Of a stretch of 64,000 bases of DNA, positions 10,221 to 21,400 are shown piece by piece; position 1 is the first letter of the stretch; each line of letters begins with the position of its first letter. The notes under the pieces were generated by a model that worked only from the letters and a program-made list of their open reading frames with translations, had not been told where the DNA came from and did not search any database. The stretch spans positions 8,691 to 72,690 of the forward strand of contig NMRA01000324.1 of NCBI GenBank assembly GCA_002633005.1. Reading direction: 5' to 3'. The translations under genes were made by a program, and so were the position numbers. The stretch is from Phoronis australis (lineage: Eukaryota; Animalia; Phoronida).

Positions 10221-12816
10221 AAGTGATTAAAAATACATTCTTATTTATTGATGTTGTCCAAAATTAGAAACAGTGGTTATGAGAAAGAATTTATCAAAAA
10301 CTATTAAGCAAAACTTTTAAGAAACTATAGGAGACTTACAAGACGTCACTCATATTGCTAGGAGATCGGACTGGAGCGGGTTTGAAACCCCAGACAGCCC
10401 GCCAAAACTGGTTGTGCGCGGCTTTTTATACACTAAACGAATGCACGTGAGGGTGAGTCCATGACATGAGTGACGTAATGAGACATCCCTATTAGAAGAG
10501 TCTAGTAATAAAGTGGTGCGAAACTGTAACTCTATAATTCACAAAGGGAGGGCGCGCCCGTCACAACTATATACCTTGAACTCCATATCGAAAGTGTACC
10601 TGTATTGGCATCGCAGCGTGATATGCTTTTAATGAACGATGTGGACTGCACGATTGCTTTTGTTTCTTTTATTAACTTCACTGATGGAATAAGTACTGAC
10701 ATCTCCAGGCAGCAACAATCGCGAAATCGCTCTTCCACTTCTGGTGTTAGGTACTCTCATTTTTGTTATAGTTTTTTGTTGTCAAGTTGAAAAAATCTTT
10801 TGTCAAAGGTCAAATAACATGCATCGGTCAGTGGCTGAAGGAAAACAGACGTAGTGTTAATTTATGCCTTGCTGCGACTATCGGCATGGCTATGAAATGT
10901 CACTTTGTGGTATGAAAAGTAAAAACGGATCTCGGTGAACGTCAATAGCTGTATAACATTCACTGAATAATCAAAAGATAATGTTATACATTTGTTAACT
11001 TTTAGTTACTCCAAAAATTGTTCAGTGGAAAGTTGTTTACTTGAAAAACAACCTCAGGACCTGCGCGACTACGGTTAATTTTAAGCATAGCGTTTAATAG
11101 GCAAACAGGCAAACGTCCAAGAAGTGAACTTTCGATTTTTACTGCTTATCACTATAAACTTGGTCTCGACTTGGTCTTTGCTCAAATGAGAAGAGGTATC
11201 TGGGTTTGCAAAGAACTGCCAGTTTATTATTCCTAATCGAAACCCGCCGACCACGCTCCGCAGCACATGAGAGAGCATGCCGTGATAAACCGACTCCATG
11301 ATTTGTAGAGCTCGTTCTCAAGCCAGCAAACTGAATGCTCTTTCGAAGACCTGAAATTCCCACCAATATTGGGAAATGAACATTTTGAAATCGGTTTCTT
11401 AACGGTAACTCGTACAAATGAAAGTTGTTTTTGTGATGGAAGATGTGTTTCCACCAACTCGATGAACAGAGTATTTAGTTCTGGTTATTTACAAGTTTTA
11501 TTCTGATAGTTTTATTGCAAACAGATCCGGCTACAATATTCATGTCAAGTGCTGAGGCTTCGAGCAGCAAGTTTCGTCTCGTTTCCATGCCCAAGGCATG
11601 TCTTCGCTTGGGACTTAAAGAGAGGGTATATATGTGCGAAAATTTTCGGTTTCCAAAAGCATGGCATACCGCGGTGCCCGATCCGCGGTATTAAAAGTCG
11701 AAACATTCAACCCAAATTAGAATGTTTGCAGTGGCGAATTGTAAAACAAAGTATTTAAAAAGGATCTCCATTAGCGTAGCCCATGGGGCCTCCTGTTCAT
11801 TGCAAAAAGACCCTCTCGTTGGCCCATGAAATAGGCCTAGGTTTTAATTTTGCGTTTCGGTCCCGCGCCCCCTCTTGGAAGCTCCAGAATGAGAATGGAA
11901 GTCTTCATTACAGTTTAACCCCACATTGTAATCGCGTATTTTTTATTCAGAAGCCTGCTCTAAAATATACTTCAAATAAAGGGGGTTTATTAATGATATT
12001 TTGCATTGTATGTTGTTCGAAATAAATTTAAGGGGAATAAGTGTTACTCTCCATTTACGTAACCATTTTATGAGTCACATCGTGAACTAAGGTCTTTTTA
12101 TTATACCTAAATCAGTCTTGCATCGTTTGATCTAGCTCTTGTGATTCTGTAAATTGCAGTTGAGTAACGATCTGAAGTAGTGGAATTTTCTAATACACTC
12201 ATAGACATGACACTTGTATACATTCATTTATGGTGGCTAATCTTGGTGTAGTGAAGATAAGGCACTTTCTACCTTTTCGAATACTCTTCGCCTGAAACTG
12301 TCCAAGTAGGCGTGCAAACTCCTTATGGTCTCTGCTACGGTCCATCACCCTTTACCCATTGTAAATATGTTGTAACATAGAGAAAAAGACATGAGATTAC
12401 AGAGTTCTAGTAGTGTGGTTTGCTAGGTTACTGAATATTGAGGATATTTTGAAGTTCTGTCTTCGGGTTTCAGTTAAGCACTCCAAAATATTTGTTAATA
12501 AAACTTTGTTGGGCCTGGCGAATTATCGACACCACGTTGGCTTGGTGCCCCGGGGGAAAAGGTTGTGGAAGGGGTCATTGTTCTCGCCTTAAACATTAAG
12601 TGACAATTCTTAACTTCCTGAAACCGGTTTGCGGCAGTGGTACAGTAAAATCATTTCTAAAATTTATTCAGCCGGTGGTCTGTTGTTCAAATCCCACGCG
12701 TGCCAAAAACTTCCAAAAATGCTCATCATTCATCAGATACCGATACCGATACCCGGGGTGACGCTGTCACACCTTATGATGACTGGAGAAATGTGCTTCG
12801 TGCAAATGACATTTAC

Positions 12817-14582
12817 TCATGCGCGCACCCAGTCTTTAATATGGGGGCTCGAATTTCTGGCGATGTGGACCTTTTGTTGACAAAAAGCGAGAGGACTAAA
12901 AAAGGAAAAAAAAACGGGTACCACCTTCACTGTGCGTCTGTGCCTTTTCAGTGGACTTTTGTCTCGTTTTCTCGGACTTTTTGTTTCTCTGAGGCGCCTA
13001 GGTGCGCGCATGTTATTGTTTATTACATTATCAAAAACACGTGTTTACCTGTACTGGTAAATTTACCTAGCTGATTTTTCTACACACAAGCCGGGATATA
13101 TTATGAAAATATCAGTTTTAGGACTAAAAGTCGTATACATGATACGCTCAGTCGTATATTTGGCAGTGATTTTGCGCTGGGTTGTATTCGCACTAGCCGA
13201 CGTGCAAATTGAAACAGAGTCAACTACACGGCATTGTCGATGTCTAATCATTGTTCCCACAGTTAGTGGTTTATAGTTAAAATATATTTTTTGTAGTTAA
13301 TGTTTTGATATCCATTTTATGCCAGTGTGAAATTGGAAAAAGTGTTAGGATTGAACGAGTTTCCGAATATAGGGCCTATGACCTACACCTGGGCAGTTTT
13401 CCACGCCCATTGGGCATAACTAAAGATGGGACTGTCTCAGTGGACGAAACTTCGGTAGATTTAGAAACCATGAGTATTGAGATGAGGCTTCTTTTCACTT
13501 ACTAACAAATCATGGTTGTTTATCATCAACTGCAGGATTTTGGCTGCTCGGATCAGAAACTGTCATACCCGTACACAGATCTCAGAAACTTGAAGGGATA
13601 GCAACAAATGCGATTGCACTTCCCACTGGCCACCGGACGGTGCATTATTGGAGGGGTTGCCTTCAGCCAGCCAGAACGCATGGCGTCTTTTTTAGTAATT
13701 TTATAAAAGAAGCCAATTCCCGGGAATGTTTAGTATAGTTCCGGCATGGTACTAGCACACGGTTTAGGCTTAGTCCGCAGCGTGAGGGGACCCGGTTGCG
13801 GCGGCGGTTCGAGGTTCATGAAGAGGTATGTCGAAGCCATCATGCTGGGTAAACCCCAAGAAATTAAGTCGACCATGTCAACACCTAGGTCAATTTATTA
13901 AAGTCATTTTAATGTAATAACAAATTTGTGACAACTTTTTAATATATATTTATCCTTTTAGGTTGGACTTTATATGCTCATTAATTCTCAATAAAATCCA
14001 AATAAACTAGGAATCTGGAACCAAGAGTTCTCTTATAAAAGCCAGAGAGAGGGAGGGAAAGAGGAAGGGAAGGAGGGAGGGAGAGAATATGACTGCTATC
14101 ATATTTCTTCAGTTTCATTTAAATGGCATACTTTGTACACTGATTTGATTACCAGCCAAAGGTATAAACTCGTAGTGGTTGTTTACCAGTGATAATTATT
14201 AGTCATGTACATGCAAGGTTAATTCACAAAAAAAATATTTAAAATACTGACAGACACAATTCCACTGAATGGAAAGTATTGTAGATGGCTAACGGCGACA
14301 CAGCGGAATCTGTAAACACTCCAACATATAACGCCATGGCCGGAAAAGCTAAAGAAGAAGCCCCCCATTTGGCGAAGTGGTAAAAAGGTCCGCCTCAGAA
14401 AAACAAAAAGTCCAAGAAAATGACTGAGACAAAAGTCCACTAAAAAGACACAGACGCACCACGCAGTTCTGAAGATGGTACCCCATTTTTTTAGTCCTTT
14501 CGCTTTTTTGTCAGCAAAACGACCACTTTGTCAAAACTGAATTCGAGTCCCCCCGACCTATTAAAGTCTGGGCGCACGCATG
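12817..14582. mobile_element. Element with ~180-bp imperfect inverted repeats (possibly extending ~12620-14810)
   Basis: 12817-12996 (gcgcacccagtctttaat...ggactttttgtttctctgaggcg) is a diverged reverse complement of 14391-14582 (cgcctcagaaaaacaaaaagtcc...attaaagtctgggcgcacgcatg). Confidence 0.7.
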
Positions 14583-14827
14583 CCGCAGGGAGCATTTTTT
14601 ATTTACTTTTTATATTTGTCATAACACGGCAAAAGCAAAGTATGAAGTAGGCCTAATATTTGGGCAAGTGTGGCTAAGAAACAGAGATTTGTCGACATTT
14701 CGTATAGCTTTTTTGTAACATTTTTGGTTGTACAATGCCACGCGTGCTTTTTCAATTCCCTTGATGAAATATGGGTGTCCGGTCATTGTACACCAGCGAC
14801 GGCCCGTGTAGGCAGGCGTGATGCGAT

Positions 14828-14862
14828 TCACGATGACTCAGCATTTTTTTCATGACTTAGCA
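14828..14862 (+). promoter_or_regulatory. Tandem antioxidant response elements (Nrf2/CncC-sMaf sites) ~490 bp upstream of the GCLC ATG
   Basis: TCAcgATGACtcaGCAtttt matches the extended ARE consensus TMAnnRTGAYnnnGCRwwww; a second ATGACttaGCA lies at 14852-14862; GCLC is a canonical Nrf2 target. Confidence 0.8.
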
Positions 14863-15336
14863 AGTTTCACATTTTCCTTTGTCATTTGCTAACATGTGTA
14901 GGGAACTGAGGGTTCATCTGAACAATAAATCTCAGTTTAGTCAAGTTTTTTTTACAGAAGGGTCAAACCAATGAGATAAAGTAGCTCATATATGTGTCAA
15001 ACAGTAGGCTGGCCGGGTTCAGTATCCCGACTAGTTCACGCTTCTAGATGACCGGGTTCCGGTGTCATATCAGGGTAGAGCTCAGTAACGCTTGGACCTA
15101 GCTAACATGTAGCCAAAACCACGTGCTATCATTTAAAATACTCGGTAATATCTCACGAAATATCGCGAATTCGTGCTTTTTAGTGAAGTCCTTGCGTTAC
15201 TGAACTATACCACTGAGGTCCGCATCAGCGGACGGGGTTTTCCAAGACTTGACAGTTGACCCAGTTTTACTGTGCCATCTGGCGACCGAGAGTTAGTACA
15301 TAAACATGCGTGCCAGCTTCTGTTCGTCACATTGAG

Positions 15337-15486
15337 ATGGGTTTGTTAACAGAGGGTTCGCCTCTTACGTGGGAAGAAACTGAGAAATATTGTGATCATG
15401 TTAGGCAACACGGGATTCAGCAGTTTATTTACCAGTATCATAAACTCAAAGATCGCTGCTGTGATGTGCTGAAGTGGGGGGATGAA
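15337..15486 (+). CDS. GCLC: GCLC exon 1
   Basis: [15 protein letters not shown]...LKWGDE, gtaagt donor. Confidence 0.97.
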
Positions 15487-18400
15487 GTAAGTAGAAAACT
15501 TGGAATTTCACTTTTAAGAATCGAAGTGAGAGTCGTTGAATGCTCTGCTGGCTATCTGTGAATAATGAGGCTGTGAGCTTAATGGCTACAAAAATTATCT
15601 TTGTAAACGCGCGCTGTTAACTGCCACTATAGTTATCCATTATGAAATGTTGATGAAAATTTGCATCTGTANACGCGCGCTGTTAACTGCCACTATAGTT
15701 ATCCATTATGAAATGTTGATGAAAATTTGCATCTGTAATATATGCTAAACTATGAACAGCCTAATGACCTTGTCATTTATATATCTTTGAAAGATCCAAG
15801 GTAAAATTTTATCATTTTGTTGACTCAGTCTTGGCTTTTGATAGATAGCATTAGTCTAGTGACTGCAAGCTTTCTCGTCAGCTATGCTCAGGGGGCGGGT
15901 GGGGGGGGGGGTCTAGGTGGTTGCACGCAGCCTAATGTAGTCTACTGTGTACTGGAGGTTTTTGATGAATTTAGACTGTGACCACCGTCTCTAGTTGTCT
16001 CTACAGTATTTGAGCTGGAGCTAGAGACAGTAGTCACTGTCTTTGGTCACTTGGTGAATTATGCCCATCATTTCATTAAACCATCAAAGTCACGTTGCTA
16101 TAAAGCGTGATTTTTTGCGCATTCCCCCTTAGGATGTCGTCAATGTTTTTAATTCCTTCCAACTCGAACAATGTATACCAGCTTCTATAACTGAACTTCT
16201 TTCTGAGCAGTCCAAATCAAGCAACTGTTTATTTTTACAGTGCTTGTGCTAGGGTATAAAGTACCTTTGATGGCTTAATCACAGTGTGAGGCATAATTTG
16301 CCAAACAGCTTCTGGCGTATGGACGCCCTATTTAGGAATGGTACTACTTAGCAGTAGAGACAGTGGCACTGTCTGGGGGTAGGGGGGGGGGGTCTAGTCC
16401 TGCTGCTTTATTTGACTGTACATCACCTCCGGGACCTGAAATTCACAACATGGTTTTGGGTCCTCAACTCTAGCATCAAGAGGTGAAAATAAAGGAACAC
16501 CTGGGCAATATTCTGTAGATTTATACCTGAAAAACATAAGATGAGGTATCACCGAAGCAAGGAATCACACTAGAACTTTATAACTTAAATCACTCATTAC
16601 TGGATCCATGCTGGACCACTTCTATCCACATTCCATTCTTAATAGGGGTCTAGTCATCAACAGAGTGACTCTATTCACTAAGGCACCTAGTGAGAGGCCT
16701 AGTGAGGATAGCAATTTTGTCAAGAAAACCCAAGCCTTGAGCTGTTTATAGGAATGTAGTGTCTAGCATGGCTCACTGTAGAAGCTGTGTCTAGAATGTG
16801 GATGTGCTGTAGCATGGGTACTTCACTTCACCTTTAACACAGCTTGTTTTCTTTAACATACTGCATGTTTTTATGGTACAGTTGACTTTAATGATTGACC
16901 CTGTCATGCTTCAGTATGCTGTCTATTTGTCAATATCTATGATTTAAGTGTTTATGAGTGGATGCACTTGCTGGTCTGGCTCAGTAACCATATTTGATGT
17001 CATCTTAAATAAAAATGCCTTTACCTGGCCTCCTTAGAGACACTGTTCTGTGTTAATTATTGTCCCCTTGCTGAGGGGAGAACCCTGTTATGTAGGCCTA
17101 CTCAAGGCCGGTATGTGTATTTAGACAAATACTTGTGAAGTCTACAAAACTATTAAGTATTTGGTAAAGGTATTTATTTTCACATATCTTTAGGCACTTG
17201 GAAAACACTGCTGCTTGTAGTGAGGTTGAGAGATGCAGCTTTACGATTATTGACAGTGGGATACTAATCACTATCGCTTGAAACTGCGTGAAGCCACATA
17301 ATGTAGAATTGTCGTGGGGACTTGACAGGTACCTCAGGGGTCTCACCATCCATTCTGTGAATGAAGCTGGTCACTGGTGGCTGTTTTACTGCCGAAACAT
17401 GTCGCTACATTTTAGAAAAGTTGTTGTCTTTATTCAAACTTTACTTGTGTTTGCCAGTGCAAGATCTTTTGGTATTTATTTTCTGAAAGTAGAGAGCCTG
17501 AAAATTTTGTTTTTTGTCAATATTAATCTTTCGTTGATTGGGTCACAAGACCATATCTTTTTAATAGAGTTTAGCAAAAAATAAAGGAACATTCATAGCA
17601 AAGTAATGGCATCAATAAATGACCAATTTTGCCTGCTGTAAATTTTCAAGATGATGTCTCATGATCACTGTTACAGTTATCACTTCGTTTTATGCAACGT
17701 TTCCGTAAAGACCATTCAAGTCGCACTTTTTGATGGTCCCTCTTACAAAAGTGGATCAATTCAAAAACAATTCCTTGCAGTGTTTTGATGAACAGTGCTC
17801 AAAGCATAGTATCTGAAGTTTGATTTAATTCCTCTCAGCTCTTTCTGAGATATGATGTTCCGAAATTAGCCAGATTTGGATATTTTTCTAAGGTCCTACA
17901 TGACCTTAAATGTAATCTAGCCCAACACAGGTACACCACGAGGCACACCTAATACCTGAGTGTGATATGTTGAAAGTTCCCCTAAATACCTGGTTGAGTC
18001 TTGTCAAATTTTTATCGTTTAAAGAGCAAGCTTATGGATGACACCATATAATTGTCTACATTTTTTTAAAGACAAGGGCAGACTTGGCAACTTCTTTCAT
18101 GAAGAACCTGTTGATCGATAATGGGGCTCTGGTGAGCTCAGTCCGGGTGTTTCAACCATGTGGCCAGTGTGTGTCTGATGCACTGGAAAAGACATAATAA
18201 TAAGACAAACTGCACCCTTTTGTAAAATTTCATTAAGTGTAGGTCTACTTATGTTGGACAACATGTGTCCATCCCATTTCCTCCAAGCCTCCACTTTGGG
18301 CCCCTGGTATAATATTTGAGTATGCTTGAAGTCTTGGCTTATCATCATTTGAAGAGTGGGTTTGAAGATCAGTTAGATTTTGGCATGCCTTGGTTGCTAG

Positions 18401-21400
18401 TAGATACCATCATGCTGGCTTCTTGGTTGAGTTTGTAAATTGCACTGTTAATCTAAGTGTTATCCAACACCATGTCCATACTGTATAACTGTAGAGGCTA
18501 GCATTATGTAAACATGAGACATTGACCACTGCCTTAGATGGAGCCCTCAATGACTAAGCATTTTCCTATTAGCTTTCTTGAGTTTGCTTAGATATTTATG
18601 TTTGTTAAACACATACTCTGAAATGTTTATTAGAATAATTTGAATTCAAAGCATGTATCAATAGTCTTAAAATTGCCATCAATTGTATTTTGCCTTTTTC
18701 ATTGTTTGAAGCTTTGAAAAACTCAGTTCTCTTCTCAGTGTTTGATCTCTGTTCTATCAAAACTGAGCCCGGATAAGCTGTCACTGGGCTGACCTGTCTT
18801 GACCTAATGCAATGAATAACAAAGTTCCTCAAAGAATTGCCATGCAATATCGGTCTTCGCAATATTCCTTCCTGTGATAAAATTTGATCAATTTTCATTG
18901 TTATCAAGGTAAGAATTATATTAAAAACTGATTTTATGTGGCCAAATGCATTATTCATTTTTTTGCAAGCTAAACAGCATACAGTGCTGCCTTATTATTC
19001 CTTACCTTTGGTTTTGATTCACTAAAACCCAATGATGAATGATTTTAGTAATGCTTTCAGTTGTGTTAGATAATTGGCTTGCGAGTAGTGATGCCGGACA
19101 AAAGAGCGGGAAATGCTTAATAAGTAGATCAGATTAAAATCTGGATTTAGAAAGCTCTGTCCTCGGAAGTTCACATCTTAATGAGAGGTTTTGCAATAGT
19201 CATATTCTGCGTCTGAGACAATTAAAAACTAGGCTGCGTGTTTCTGTGACTGAATGCTTGATGGAGTTGTCATATTTTGCCATGATCACAGCTGGAAAAT
19301 GAAAGCTGTGTTGGTGAACTAGTAACAGTTTACAATTTATTTGTTTTACTGATGAATCTGGCAAGTGCCATATCGCAATTCTGCCAGGTTATTCCAAATT
19401 AAATAATCTTCATTGTTGGCCTGCACTGTGGAGCATCAACTCATCAGGGCAAAGCATAGTAGTTGATAAACAAACCTTCTCTTTGATTTCATTGGATAAA
19501 AATGATATTTTCATTTAGGTTGAGTACACGTTGGTTAGACTGAACCATGAGGCAAGAAAGGCACAACTCAACCTCAAGTCTTCACTGGTTCTCCCTGTTC
19601 TTCAGGAATTGGAACAACAAAAACTCAAGTAAGATCAAAGCCAGGGCCCGAGACCACAGACCTTTCGTTCAGACTTGGCTAGAAAATTGAACTATCGCAA
19701 TGCATGAAATTTGAAAATTTATTCAAAGCATTTGAAGCATACCAAAATTTCAAGTAAAACCTGTTATGTTGTCTCCGACCCAGATCAAGGTGATTGCAGG
19801 GAGAAGGACTTGTATCCTAATGTGTGAATTGGTATGTATAGTCTCTGGCCCAGATCAAGGTGATTGCACAGAGAAGGACTTGTATCCTAATGTGTGAATT
19901 GGTATGTATAGTCTCTGGCCCAGATCAAGGTGATTGCACAGAGAAGGACTTGTATCCTAATGTGTGAATTGGTATGTAGTCTCTGGCCCAGATCAAGGTT
20001 AATGTGAGAGTCGAAACTCAAGGCTGTATTTCCTGGGCAAATGTAAAATTCATTTTTGGAATGATTCTTGGCCATTGAAGCATTAACATTCATGCTTGGT
20101 TGTTCAAGTTGTAGAAAGCTAGGTTTAACACTTCACTACCAATCAAATTAATGATCACTCCAAGTGCTTAATTCTCTAGAAATCAAAGCATGTGCGGTTG
20201 TTTCTATGTGAAAGGCTTTCAGCCACTTTTACATGAGAGACACTTGTCACCGTGTCAGTTGTCACCGTGTCAGTTGTCACCGCGTGACTTGCTCCACTTT
20301 AGTCACATTTACACAACATCAGATCGAAAACTGTCTGGGCATGCTCGCATAAAAAATACCAAATGTCCAAGTCATGTGGAATATAACCAGGGGATCACCT
20401 GTATACACTATTGCGCAAGCAAGCGTATATTGAAAGATGATCACTGTCCACTCTGCCCCAGTTGTGTTTAGATGTGTAGTTGAAACTGGAGAAACTGATT
20501 CAGTGCAACTCGCTTCACTTCTCTAACCGGTGTCAAAAATGGCCGCCGCAGTGTCAACTTGGTGGGTGTCAAAACTGTTTACATACACACTTGCACCCAA
20601 CACACTTGCACCCAATCAGCTGTTCCGTTTTAGTTGCTCCGTGACAGCTGTCTCTCGTGTAAATGCATTCTGTGGCAGCACTATCTACTGTAGATACAAA
20701 TTTGAGTAGCTCGCTGCTGTTGACAAAACTGTTCAATGAATGTCTTGTCATTGTGGTAAACCTTAATCAAATCAAACCATTAGCACCTATTGCATGATGA
20801 AGGCCAAGATCCACTTATAATCAGATTCTATCAACGCACTTAGAATATACTGTCATGGAAAGGGATACTACTATAGTACAGCACAAAAGCTGTGAGCACC
20901 TGTGGGTGGAAAATTACGAAGGTCCCTGAGAAATCTTTATTGATTTAAGAGTTTACACTAAACTTTTTTACTCCTAGAAGCCATGGATATTATGGAATTT
21001 TATTTTTATGCGCCTACATATTTATATGTGGGTGCATAGTGCCGTCATCTCTGTCTGGGCGTCCGTGCGTCTGGCGTCCGCGGCTGTATCTCCTAAACCC
21101 CTTGCAGGATCTTATTGAAATTTGACAGGTGTGTTCCTATGGGGTTGACGACAGAGGGCGACGAGTTTCGGACCGACCCGAATACTGCTGTGCCCCCTGG
21201 TGGCAATTTTATTTTTTAAGTTTGCCTCTGTATCTTGAAAGGTCCTCAACCGATTTTCATGAAATTTAGCACATAGGCATCTATTAATGAGGTGATGTTA
21301 TCCTTCCGTTTTCGGACGGATTCGAGGTATTTTGCGCCACCTAGTGGCCATTTTTACTGTTTTCAAGTTTTTTGGCGTCCATCCCTCCATCAACCAAACC

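Noticed and set aside
10252-10543. Possible solo LTR (TG...CA ends, minus-strand TATAAAAAG)
   Set aside because: No target-site duplication, PBS, PPT or second copy in the window.
15602-15737. 66-bp exact tandem duplication
   Set aside because: An N sits at the junction; most likely an unmerged contig overlap.
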